A DNA stretch of 62,712 nucleotides, counting the filler, from Choristocarpus tenellus KU-1152 (Eukaryota > Protista > Phaeophyceae), in NCBI GenBank assembly GCA_964200185.2. It is 7 parts of 7 records of this genome, joined end to end, with 100 filler letters (N's around TTAATTAATTAA, not from the genome) between each part and the next. Parts side by side here need not be neighbours in the genome. Positions count along the whole stretch, not along the records: positions 1 to 10,750 come from CAXNAD020002737.1; positions 10,851 to 17,955 come from CAXNAD020006689.1; positions 18,056 to 21,478 come from CAXNAD020020137.1; 4 more parts are not named here. One strand, given 5' to 3'. A program made the translations under genes and the position numbers. This document shows positions 1 through 18,356 of the stretch, one piece after another (within the stretch, counting starts at the first letter, position 1; each line of letters begins with the position of its first letter). Below the pieces are notes generated by a model. That model was not told the origin of the DNA. It made no database searches and saw only the letters and a list, made by a program, of their open reading frames with translations.

Positions 1-167
1 TTTTGGGTCAAGCCCATCCTCAATGAAAAGCTCCATCCTCAATTTTTGAAATCGGCTGTTTAGTATGAAAAACAGTGTTTAATCATTCAAAATCATCCTA
101 CCTTTTCGACATTCAAGATAAAGATGACTCTGTTCTCCTTCCTTCTCTTTCTCTCGAAAAGAAGAGT

Positions 168-240
168 TACTCACGCCGGGGCTCGAACCCGGGACCTCGG
201 CTTTATCAGAGCCGCGCTCTACCAACGGAGCTCCGCAAGC
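168..240 (-). tRNA. tRNA-Ile(GAT)-like gene, intact 73-nt cloverleaf with atypical G8/C14
   Basis: Reverse complement folds as GCTTGCG-GA-GCTC-CGTTGGTA-GAGC-G-CGGCT-CTGATAA-AGCCG-AGGTC-CCGGG-TTCGAGC-CCCGG-CGTGAGT-A; B-box GGTTCGAGCCC; a TTTT run follows about 7 nt downstream. Confidence 0.75.
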
Positions 241-1193
241 TCGCTTCTTCTTTTAGAATGAAATACTAGACTTTAGAACAAAGAGAATAGAGAGTTTGCG
301 ACTTAATCATATCAATTCAACTCTTGATGGTCCAAAATCTTGTGAAGGAACTCGAACCTATCAGGAAAGTCGGACCAAGGCCCATCCAAGAACAATTTCT
401 CACTCTTCAGATTCTGGTGGAATAACCTTACCTTATCAGTCACAGAGCCACTCCCCCCATCCCTACTCTACCAGTGACTGAAGATGACAATGATCCACAG
501 ACTTCATCAAGGTTGGAAAAATAGTAATCAACATAATGTCTTTGAGAGACCAATCTATTCATGAAACTGCTTGTTACTTCTGTCTCCACCAGTCAAACCC
601 ATCCAACTCGATTACAATCTTGAGAAACAGATAGTAGATAGTAGGTTGGACGCATAATTTGTCATTATTTGTTTTATCACATCAAATAAATACAATTACA
701 ATTAGCCAAAATGTAGGTCATAGGACCAACGAACGCTTGGAAGTTGAGTAGTGTATACACCTGAGTTGGGAGGAAATAGACCCGACACGTGGTGAGGTGT
801 TTTCAAAGAAAAACATATATATACACATCAACACCCCTATCATCGCCCGAGATACAACAGGAACTTTTCGGGTGCGTTTGCGCACGGATGACGTGGAGAA
901 TAGTCGAATAATTGGTAAAAATATATATGGTTATCAGTGCATCCCAATTAACGATTAATATCGACTCTGGATCACAATACCAGTTCATAACAGGCATTTT
1001 ATACAACAAACCTGCTTTCCATAATTTGACGTAGTACATTGAAGGTATTGGGGATATATTAAAAGTGTTGTATTAGTAGTAAACTCTGAAACTGATTTTA
1101 GCAGTGAAGGATACGTGGGGGGTTGCTGAGGACCTCGTTTTTGTCAGAGATGGAGGTGTATGTTCCATTCATCGGAAATTTGTTACAGGCGAT

Positions 1194-1471
1194 GTGTCTT
1201 GATGGCGGTTTCATAAACACCATTATGATACTGAAGTTCTAGATTTGATGTATTTGTACTTCTTGACTATTTATTATTTGGTCATTATGGTCCCCGATTG
1301 TGATAAGATATCGTAGACCAGTTCCTTTTTATACGATGATATTGATGATAATCCAAGTGAGAGATCCAACATACTTGATGAGTTGTGCATCAGGAGTCCT
1401 AAACGTGCATCAGTATCATCTATCCCGTAGATTGGAGCTATACATCCTGTGGAGGTAAGCTTTCGGGGGCG
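1194..1471. repeat. Dispersed repeat of about 280 bp (family C), copy 1
   Basis: Aligns by eye along its whole length to 38099-38395 (gtcttgatggcggtttc...catcaggagtcct...gtggaggtaagct). Confidence 0.8.
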
Positions 1472-4011
1472 CCTGTAACAAATTAAGGGGCTGTTGGGGA
1501 GAACTAAGAATAAAAATGGTGCCTGACACGCCTGTCTGTCTGTGAACAATGATGTAGTGTTATAGTTTATATGGCTTCCAAACGGTTGGGTTGCAATAAC
1601 ACTAAATTTTTATCGATTTGAAATTTTCATATTGAAGGATGTGGCAAGGCTTCCATGACCATATGTAAGAAATCACAAAGAACTAGTCACATGAAATAAT
1701 GGACTCTCGACGGACTCCATCCTTCACAACGTCATTGACCTGGCAAACGGCCTCAAAGACCAGAGGATAATCTAAACGGACAAATGGTGAATGTCTGTGA
1801 ATTTACTTCGCGTTCCGAGGGGCATGGGCATTTTGAGGTAGGTATAGCGAGGACAAGCTGTAGTGGGTTTCCAAATAAGGTGGTCATTGGAAAGAAGGAA
1901 ATGGTGGGTAAGGACACAACAAGAAGAGCCTACCGCTAGGAAAAGGTCATCCTTGGTGTGGGGTGGATGAATAATATAGGTGTATATTTCTGTTCTCGGT
2001 AGGAGGAAGCCATATGAGCTGCGGGCAGTGCAGACAGAAGGGTGAAAGTCATGTTAATGTTGAAACGCCTAACGTAATTGAAAGGTATCAGGAGGGCATG
2101 TACAGTGTTGATAACAGCGACAACCAAAGTTCCATGGTGATTCTTGCTTGGGCACATAAATCCAAAAGGTAGTACTGTGTATCAAGCTTTTCGAGGGGTT
2201 ATGGTTGTTATCTGTTGCAATTACACCTATCACCTTCTACACGAAGGCAAAACATATCAGTGAGGGTGAGATGGCGCACAGCATGTTAGCGGGTATCCTC
2301 GAGGGGCAACAGCTTAACTTTGAGGGTTTGTAAGAGTACCAGACCTGTATCAAGGCTTGTGTTCCTGTTGTATTGGTATCCAGTTCCTACCCAAGGCTGC
2401 ATTACATGTCCTAGTTTTTATACTTCAGCTTTCGCCCGTTGCCTCAATATCACTGGTCGGGGGCAGAGGGTAGGCATCGTGGTATTCAGTATGAGGCATA
2501 GACTATATGATTATGATAAGAAAGAACCCTAACCCTAATTCTCTATCCGATATTTTTCAGGAGGGCTATTTTTTGTGGAGGGTCCATGCCAGTCTCATTC
2601 ACCTAACCTGTCCTTCTGTCGGCTTTTCATCTTCTTCCTTTTTCATGGACTGGCAACTACATATATGCTCAGTTCTGTTAGAGGCGAGTAGCGCAAGTAT
2701 TTCTTCTGGCGCTCTAACCAATGTGAACGGTAAGTGTGTACGCGGAACTCCCAAATAAGGAAGTCTAGTTCGCTATAGTTACAGTGTAACATCTGTAGCT
2801 TATAATAAAGCAAAGGTTTTCAGGTGTATTATTACATATTATTACATCTAAAGAAAAAACGAAAAGAATATATTTCATGGACAGAAACAGCCCCTAGGCC
2901 TCAGTTCTGATCCCTTGTTGTGGTACAATTACCTTGAAAAGAAGTATACCTTTCCTTGTCTGCGAACCTGATATCCACCATCCTTGTTGGTCGTCAGGCT
3001 ATTGGTATATTTCAGGCTCCTGCACAGGCATCAGCTCTATCTATAGGCTTGTGGACTGGAACTACACATTTCCGTTGAGGTAGGTTATGGAACGTTTTGT
3101 AGCAGTTCCCCCCCTCCAAACACCCCCCAACTTTAATTGCGGTTTGGTCAGGAAGATGATGAACCTCAACGCATCCATGTAGTACATGAGGAGGATATTA
3201 TCAGGTCGAGGGATCAAAATATGTACAGGTGTGTACAGGCGTCACTGGCAAGATTTCTTCAAAGTGCTGGGCTTTTGTTCAGTCTGTAACGTCTCCTTCC
3301 AGATGGTTATCAGCAGGAGTGGATCTGCACTCATGGAGCAGCAGTCCATCCAAGGGCGCTCCATGTTGTCCTGGGATGTCGTGTTGGGACATGAGGCAAG
3401 TTGAGGGTGGCTGCTTTACACAAAGGACTCGCTCCGTATGGTCAATCAACACAGAGTGGCACGCCATAGGTAACCAATCGACAGCAGAAAGGTCTAGATT
3501 CGAGGATCATGCAGGAACACAATGATAGGTTTGTTTCTAGGTGCCGTTTGTGGAATCGAGAATCACACGATCAAAACGAGGTGTGTGCATGTCCTGTAGA
3601 GATGTTTTTCGTTGACAGAACAGGTTTAGGATCTCAAGCAGGAAGAGCGATTGTTTCACAATTTATATCCAGGTGTCACGTCATGGCACTTCACCCCAGG
3701 GACATTCGTTTGTGTTGTGGAGAGACAGGTTCATCGTGCACAGAAGAAGATAGGTATTTTTGTTAAAGACAGGAGGAATACCACCTATGATGATGTTAGT
3801 ACCCTGTTGTCATGTCATGGGTTAGGGTAGGTCTTGATGTGAGAGATCTTGTTTATTATACCTTAGGGGTTAGCCTCTTCGGCAGACAGAATAAGAAGAC
3901 GCATGCCTTTCGTTGAATAGGAGGGCTGAGTACATTTTGAGAAGGCAACAGGTTGTGGTCGAACTGTGACCATCCCCATACAGGAAAGAAGTAAGAATCA
4001 CTGTGCGGTAT

Positions 4012-4270
4012 GAGCCAAAGTATTTTAGAGGGCAGAGCCGTGTCCATTTGGGGGCCAAAATCCAATGTTGCGATTTTGATGTAATTTTGGCTGTCGTGTT
4101 TGTTAGGGTGTATTAATATCCTTGTTCCAGACACACCTTTTCATAATGTACACATTTTACCTACTCCGAAATATTTTGGAGTAGGAAAATGTAAAAAAAT
4201 ATATAATGGGAAGCCAAGCCCTAAACGAACAAACAGGGAAAAAATCGTACCCTCTAAGATACTTTCACTC
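4012..4270. mobile_element. MITE with GAGCCAAAGTAT-type TIR and 4-bp TSD (GTAT)
   Basis: Left end gagccaaagtattttagaggg, right end ccctctaagatactttcactc (imperfect inverted repeat); GTAT at 4008-4011 and 4271-4274. Confidence 0.7.
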
Positions 4271-5909
4271 GTATACTTTTGTCAAGTTTGCCTCCTATTA
4301 GCACGTAGTAAGTTACCTATCCCTAACATCAGCCACTGCCCCATGTTCCTTCTTCCCAATCCCCGGGGACGTTCACGTTTGCTGAGGTTAGGGGTATTTG
4401 ACCCTGATACACAGCTCAGCAAGCTTCCATGAAACTTACCCCTCTATTTCTCTGAATACGGCATCCATGACCACTATAAACCCTCGGGTACTCACATCTA
4501 GGACGATTTCTCATCTTATTTGTTGGAATCTCAAGCATTTTATTGGATCCCTCCCCATGATCTTTGCTAGACAAATCCCTACAATGGGAGAAGATAAGTG
4601 ATCACCACAGAGCCCAATGTGGCCAGCCGCCTGTGTCCTAAGTTCAGAGTGTGACTCATGGATTTAATTTGACTGGATATCCCTTGGAGGCTGTGCTGTC
4701 GACCAACTCCATGCACAACCTCTAATGTGAGCACTCTGAAGTGCTTGGGGTGGTGAAAGTGCATGAAATTAATTTCTCTAGTCTTCACCAACACCTTCTA
4801 GCACCACACAACATTTGGCTTGAGCTAATCACAGGGAGGGACACTGCCCATGCCACCTACCCCTGCAGCAGCATCAACTACATCTGCTAGGCGCCCAAGA
4901 AGTGTTGGGTATCTTCCTCCACTTTACCACCATCACTCAACGCCGTTAAGGAGGGATTAAGGACCCCCCCCTACCGTTGGAATATCTAGGAAAGTCCCAA
5001 GCACTGGTTTTCACCTCATCCTCTCTCACGTCATGTCTCGTTGCCTTATCTCCTTATCAACGAGCTCCTCCCCACACATGCTTAAATGTCACTCCATCTA
5101 CTACGTTCATATTGTATTTGCCTTGTGTCTCTTTTGGCATCTCTTTGTCCATCCTTGTTCTTTGTAGGATTTGTCTATGTACAATTAGAGAGAGCTTCTT
5201 CTTCGGCTTGGTAAAGATGATATAGTTGGCATATTAAGGCAAGTCAAAGGTCCATTTGATTCCCACACACAAAGGAAAGCCGATGATCACCGCTGCCTCA
5301 CACCACCATTCACCTCGTCGCAGAACAGTCAACATAGGTTGCGGATCTCCGTCGATACAACACGACTATGCGTGAGTACTTATTTTCTTTACCCCCACAT
5401 TCACCTTTGTCTGGTCTTCCAACGAACAACCTTTCACTTTGAATATACCTGTATTGAAATTATGTACGACCCACCACCACACCCAACGAGCATGGGGGCG
5501 GGCTTCACGAAGCATATCATGGAAAAACGAACCCGACTACTTTGTGAAAATGGATTGCATGTGGAGATCGATGTGATCTGGTAGATTATCATAAGAGCAC
5601 ACGCATGCATATGCATGTACTGCACCTATCTCCAGAATGAAATGAACCAGGTAGTACCAATCATATTTCCTGTTTGAAATATGAAATCGATTGTGTTGTG
5701 TGTTCAAGACATTTTACAGTGTATATTTTTCTCTTCTTGTACATACATACACTATTATGTCAAATGACATTTTACAGATGATAATATATATATAAGGAGA
5801 CAAGCACCAACATATAAGGCACAGAATACAGGCACAACAATGATAGAGTCTGAATTGCGTACAGTACAGTAAACTCGACGGTTATTACCAGCTGTTCTAT
5901 CGAAGCAGA

Positions 5910-5990
5910 GCTTGCGGAGCTCCGTCCGTTGGTAGAGCGCGCCTATGATAAACCCTAGGTCCCTCCCGGGTTCGAGCCCCGGCGTGAGTA
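5910..5990 (+). pseudogene. tRNA-Ile(GAT)-like pseudogene copy
   Basis: Same sequence as 168-240 with two 4-nt tandem duplications (ccgt, tccc) and a disrupted anticodon stem. Confidence 0.8.
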
Positions 5991-6440
5991 TATATATGGT
6001 CGTTTTAACTCTGAAGTAAGGCCGTTTATCTTGCAACTCCACCTTCAAATCTTATCCAAATAATGTTTTCGCGTGGGCAATGGAGAACCATCACTACACT
6101 ACTCATGATAGACCAAACAGATCAAGATAATAAGGTGTAATTGAGGGGACGAGGTAAGGTAAGGTTGGACAAAGGACAAGAGTGGAGAATGGAGGTTGTG
6201 TGGACCCAGATCAGAGTGAATAATCCCTCCACATTTGGTATCTCTGAATGAATGAATAGAAGTTCAGTTCACCTATTCGACTTGGTATCTTGAAGAGAAT
6301 CCATCGACTGATGATCCCTCACTCGAACCCACGATTCCTTCTGTCCCTCGTATCAAGGAATCTCAAAGGGTGTAACGACCTGACAACAAACAGCCTGCTT
6401 TTCCGTATACAGGTTAGTTACACAATTTAATATTATATAT

Positions 6441-6550
6441 ATTATTATGCCCTCCGACATTTTGCAGATGTGTCTGTATAAGCAATAAAGAAATAAAATA
6501 TTATTATGCCCTCTGAGCCAATTAGCAGATGTGCGAGAGGAAAAACCCAA
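6441..6550 (-). repeat. Two short 3'-tail fragments of the (TAA)n-tailed retroelement seen at 36470-37057
   Basis: attattatgccctccgacattttgcagatgtgtc and ttattatgccctctgag...gcagatgtgcgagaggaaaaa resemble the reverse complement of 37003-37057. Confidence 0.55.
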
Positions 6551-7354
6551 ACTATGCCACACGGATTTTCCTCTAAATTCAATAATAGTAGTTTTTCATT
6601 GATTGGTCAGTGTTATTTCAATACTATGTCAACTTTATATTTTGGTACTGGGCTCTTCTTCTCTCCTACCATCAAGCTGATAAATGAAAAATCTTGGTGT
6701 TGCCTACGCGCAAACCAAGAACGTCACGCAGGATAGCATAAGAAAGTACGGACGATAGTCACATCCATACGTACATATACAATAATGATTTTCATAACGA
6801 CAAAAAAAAAGCAATAGAAGATGTGCCAGAGTGGTGGGCGATAAAAGGCAAGTTTCATACATCATTATATGTATGGTACATATTATGTACAGAACAATAG
6901 CACCGAAACTATTAGTTCCTATCATGTTGCTTCACCACCCAAGTTTATATTTATGATACATGATACGCACAATTCCGTACATTTGTATGGAATAAAGGAT
7001 AATATGTATCTTACTACATAGGCATTGCCTAGTAGTTACTTAGGGTACTCCCGGAATAATACTTTATACATTATTATCATAACTATCTCAAAGCGAGAGA
7101 AACTCCACTTGAAATAGATTGAACTAGTATTTGCGAAGGTCACCATGTCGGCTGGTTAGACCTAATGCACAACACCAATCAATAGCCTGTCATGTGGGAC
7201 TCTCTTGAATGCCTCCATGATATCCGCAATGCAATAATAATGAACTAGCAGGGACGTCCCACAAGCAGAGTGAGTCTTTTTGTAGACATAAGTATAATCG
7301 GCCTGCAGCACAAACGATATTGAGTCATCTGTGTATTATTATTGTAAATTAGTA

Positions 7355-9028
7355 CTACCTCCATGCTGTAAGTCTGTGTTGCGTTGTCCATACCTTTTGA
7401 AGATGCTGATGAAATTCATTTCTATTTTTTTTTTTTGAATCCTTGACGATTTTCTGGTTAGGGTCAGCTCTTTTTATTATTATTACTCCCCATCCATCAC
7501 AATTATATCAGTCACAGAAAAAGTCTATGTCTACTTTCAGCGTGTTTTCAAGCTCACCAGACAACTGCCTCTTCCTTACCACGGTGTACTCCACACTGAA
7601 GTCATTCCCCCCATTGTATCTAAGTACTTGATTATATACCACAAAAATGAGCTGCCAGGCCCTCCCAAGAGTGGTTTCATCAAACTCCTCATACTGCTTC
7701 TTAGTGACCTTCACCATCTCCTCGACGGACCCAAACTGCTCCCCCATCACCTAGTATTTCAAAGACCTGAACAAGCACAAGTCCATGATATTGAGGTTGG
7801 GGGAGTTAGATGGCTGCGTCACAAGCATAATCAACCACCCCTCAGTCTTCTCTGCCCCTGACAAAATTTCTGAGTTGCCCTTGCCCGTGTGGGGGGTGGC
7901 AATGTCTTGCTGAACGACAAGGTGCTTCCCCTGTATCCAAGGCACCTTGGTCTTGATTGCAGGCAGTAACTCCTCCATGTACCACTTCCTGCACCACAAA
8001 TTGTCTAAAGTACAATCCTGCTCATACACATCCCCCTTGTTATGGTCCTTGCTTGTCCTGTCTGCCGTTTTTGGCGCACACACACGCCAAACACCAAGCT
8101 TTCCATCAAAGCTGTGAGCCAAATCTGGGCAGGTGTTGGCTGCAACGATCATGTTTTTGGGGATATGACTCTTGTGCTGCACAGTAGGGGACCCTGGAAG
8201 GTTGCTATCATCCTCATGTGGAAATGCCCTCACCCTTTCCTCATCAGTCATCACGTAGAACCAGATTTCATCCACACAGATCGTGTTCGCCATGGAACAT
8301 GCACACCACGTTTCCGATCCACTTGATCACAAACGTCCATTCTCCATACCTTTTGCCACTATTTAAGGTTGGGTTTGATCCAGCGGCGATTTGGCATGGC
8401 CCCCACATCATCCAACCACCTGTTTATGGTGCTAATGCTATAATTCAGACCCCTGGCGGCCATCCTTATTGTCAACCGATGCACTGTGGATGAAAGATTA
8501 TCGGAGTTAATACTATGTATTGCAGCCATCTTGGTCGGTGTGAGCTCCGAAGGCTGCCCATTATGTGCTGCCATCCCTAGGTCAAGCATGTGGCCATGGG
8601 CGAGCTGATCAGCAAAGTCCTCCCAGAGCCCTTGCATGTAATGCTCGGACACTCCAAACTCTGCAGTGAGGGTTGGCACAACTTGTTGTGGCAGTTTATG
8701 CTGACCAGGGACCATTGCGAGGGCGTGCTGCACTGTAAGCGCAACCCTGGTATTCAGGGACACTTGGGCATCCTTCCTACGCGGGGTTGCCATGCCGATG
8801 TTCTCATCCTGGACGTGCCCAGTTCTGACCTCAAAATCACCCCAAAGACCCCTACTTTGACAACCTGAAGCACCTCGAGTTTGTACCTGATGATCCTCGA
8901 CCCCCACCTTTTCTGAAAGCTGAGATTGTCGATCAGATTTCATTCTGTGGGGTTATCATCCGATTTGGCGCCGTTCTCGCTCAGCGAGCCCAGATGTTTC
9001 GCGGCACAAACTTATGGCACAGAGGTAG
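7355..9028 (-). mobile_element. Tc1/mariner-superfamily DNA transposon with both TIRs and a pseudogenised transposase
   Basis: 29-bp TIRs (ctacctccatgctgtaagtctgtgttgcg at 7355; reverse complement ctacctctgtgccataagtttgtgccgcg ending 9028; 22/29 identical); TA at the left flank; broken ORFs 8359-8943, 7751-8293, 7508-7750 carry VDEIWFY, VQQDIATPH, QPSNSPNLNIMDL and GGNDF motifs. Confidence 0.9.
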
Positions 9029-9533
9029 AATATATAATTATACGTAGGACAAACAAAATTGTTTGGTTTTTGAATGTTGGGCGCTTCGAATCTGTGTAGA
9101 ACACCAGATATGTTATTATTGTGCTGCTACTTCTACTACTACCAACTACTACAGCTACAGTCAGCCGTGCTTGAACAAGCAATAAAAACAAGCAAAAGAG
9201 GGAAAATAAAAAAAAAACTGGAGCAAAACGTCTATACAACAGCATGTTAACGACTTGGTGAAGAGTAGCGTACTTTGAACAACCGAATGTAGTAGAATTG
9301 AAGCCTTGGCAAAGACAACGATAATGAAACATCGTTCATATAATATGTGATAGAAGTGAGTGAAGACAAACAGGTCGTATGTGTAAACCTTCTCACTTTC
9401 TTCCCACACCTACGTTCTACTTCCCTCCCCCTTCTCACAACTCGAACATTTATTGGCTGACTGGCTTTGTGTATGCATAGGTAAGTGTGCATAATGGGAG
9501 TTTTCCCGGTGAAAAAGCAGAAAAATAGACCAT

Positions 9534-9703
9534 TTACAAGCGCTCAATATACTGCAAGAATGACCGAAACTTGTAGTGTAGATGTACACGACCAGAATCC
9601 ACAATAACCAACCAGGGTTGAGTATGCACTGCTAAAACTTTAACATCGGACGGAGCATGAGATGTGTGACCGAAGGAACCTCCAGTCTCTCCTTCTCCCG
9701 TAC
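9534..9703 (-). CDS. Possible terminal exon of an unidentified gene
   Basis: Strong acceptor tttcttttgcttttcag followed by an open frame (GTGEGETGG...LQYIERL*); no recognisable homology or upstream exon. Confidence 0.2.
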
Positions 9704-10750
9704 CTGAAAAGCAAAAAGAAACAAGTGTCATTAAGTAAGTTAGTTCTCCGGAGTACATATGTAGAGATACAATGTATTGCAGTGGGGTCATGAAGGGTTG
9801 TGTGATGACGGTAGGTCTGATATGTCAATTATAGTTACTGGTCCTTGTTTTCAATGTAGACGTAGTTTGTGTTGATTGGTAAGGTCAGTGAAAGGAGATG
9901 CGGCCAGGTGGCATATCCGTTTCGGGCAGGCTATATTGCCAGGTCCAAGGTTTTTCACTGAGGACCAAAACAGTTGGACAGAGTACTACTCCCATGGTTA
10001 TGTTGCACTTTGGACCCGAGAGGTCAACTAGTAACACATAGGATCACTAGCAGACCAAGGTCTCTGGTGTCACAATGTGGGCCACAGGTCGGGTGCTGTT
10101 TACAATTGAGAATGATTTCATGAGTAGCCACAAAACAGAATGTATAGCTCTATATATAGTTCAGATGGATGGAACTAGATGGTGGCACTGCTGGTTTGGA
10201 TCCAGTAAGAAACCCTGAGAAAAAAAAACTCATTGAACAGTTCTTACAATCCATATCTGAATTATTTATTGCATCGGCATATCATGCAAACTTGCAACCT
10301 CCCCCCAACGTACACGAAGAATACAGAGGTCTAATATTATTTTTTGCTCCATCAGTCAGAAACTCTACTTGAGGGTCGTTCTCAGTGTAAGAACTGAAAG
10401 TTAGCCTGGGCAGTTGAAGTTCTGTTCAAGAGCCAAACTAATTGAGAGTTAGACACGTTTGAACCCTTTTGCATTCTAAGCGGCCTTTCTTACCCTGTGC
10501 AACATACGCAAAATCGATCTTTCTCTTTTCCACTCACACAAAGTGACACCGGATTTAAGCAAATGCCTTTTCTGGAACAACAGTACAAAATGACATATTC
10601 TTCCCCTTTCTCGAGATCCTTCAAACATAATCCTGCCTACCTCTCAATTGGTTTGGCTCTCAAGTCACTCTGCCAGTTGTTAGTTGGCACTGGAGATCTC
10701 AACCCCTTGACCATTACATGCAACCTGGGTATTGCTAACTCCCCCCAGAT

Positions 10751-10850
10751 NNNNNNNNNNNNNNNNNNNNNNNNNNNNNNNNNNNNNNNNNNNNTTAATT
10801 AATTAANNNNNNNNNNNNNNNNNNNNNNNNNNNNNNNNNNNNNNNNNNNN
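10751..10850. other. Artificial contig linker (also 17956-18055, 21479-21578, 32831-32930, 49707-49806, 58508-58607)
   Basis: Identical 100-bp N44-TTAATTAATTAA-N44 spacer that places stops in all six frames. Confidence 0.97.
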
Positions 10851-11173
10851 GTGGACCACCCCCACCCCCCCCCCCCCAGATAATTTGAGCCTCTATTATG
10901 TCACAACCTTAATATTTGCCAATCAGAAGAAACGAACTTGCCTTCTATGTGTAAACGACATTATCAGCTAACAACTAGTACTTCTTCGGTCGGGACCATT
11001 AGATACTTTAGAGCATCAGGAACAGCATATGCATTATTCTGATTCCTCACTGAACGTAGAGTAACCTATCCTGCATGCTACTTATAGTAGTAACATTCAT
11101 TTCTAACCTCTTTGGAGTAATCAAGAGAGGCAGAAAATTGGTCGTTACTTATACTTCATCTGTTTCTGTGTAG

Positions 11174-17229
<6,056 letters not shown>

Positions 17230-18356
17230 AAGTAGTTGGTTAGAATATTTCTTGGTTATGTGTAATATACTTAGCATGTAAGCAGGAAACGAACACCCAG
17301 TTGGGGGAGGATTGAGTTGTTGATAATATTTTGAGGCATAGCGACATACTGTGGCGAACAAAGTAGTAGTCAAGCGTGTGAAGCGGTTTGTGTTTGTTGT
17401 GGAGAATAACATGAAAGTTACATATTGACGGATATTTGGAAGAGACGTTATTACATTCATATGTGGAGAGTTGGTTATATTGTTAATCGGTATTTGGATA
17501 TTTTGAAAGGGAAGATATTCTAGGAGCCCATTGTGTTATTCAGGCGTTTTCTCTCTTCTAGAAATATTGGCAATTATTTGCCCGCAAATCTATCAATATT
17601 ACATCGCTCAAGCAACATTCCAAGCGTCTCATCCAACTTGATATCTTACACTGTGAAAGCGGCAAGGTATGGACTCAGGATATATTGTCTCGACACTCTT
17701 CTCTGTTGTAAGTAGAAAACATGGAATTGCTATGTGCTGGTATTCAACGTCGGTGAAACCCCTTCTTTTGTCGGTGTTATGAGGCCAGGGTGGGTGTGTT
17801 AGTCAGACTTAGGGCAGAGAGACATACCCAGTAGCTGAGGAGACTCTGTAGCAGCAGGCAAGAGCACGCTTGTGCAAATACTGAGATTGTAAGTTGAGCC
17901 AAACTGTGATCAAAACTTGGGGGAGGACATCATTGACCCAAAGGATCTGGGGGGANNNNNNNNNNNNNNNNNNNNNNNNNNNNNNNNNNNNNNNNNNNNT
18001 TAATTAATTAANNNNNNNNNNNNNNNNNNNNNNNNNNNNNNNNNNNNNNNNNNNNGTAGTGAAGATAAGAAGGTGTGAAGCCTCACACGACCCCCTTTGC
18101 TGAACGTGATTACATGGTTGAAATTGGAAGAGTGACCTTTGTGTGGTGTCTTCTTATTGCTTGTTTATTATTTATTTGTGCTTCATACATAAGTTCATGG
18201 TTATGTCAAAGTAGCTGAATGCAGAATAAAAACCCATACATATTCCCATTCATAATCCAGATGTAATATCTCATTAGTTACATCTCTCATATACAAAATA
18301 AGGTACACCTCACTATTGTCCTACTTTGCACAGAAGGGAGTGCAGGCGTTAGTGAT

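Noticed and set aside
1194-1471. Hammerhead ribozyme in repeat C
   Set aside because: Minus strand has ctgatgc rather than CTGATGA and no properly spaced GAAA with stems.
1560-5450. Possible DIRS/LINE-like coding remnants
   Set aside because: Composition suggests decayed retroelements but no motif could be read with confidence.
10751-10850. Repeated TTAATTAATTAA motif inside N runs as a biological element
   Set aside because: Identical 100-bp construction six times with six-frame stops: an assembly linker.
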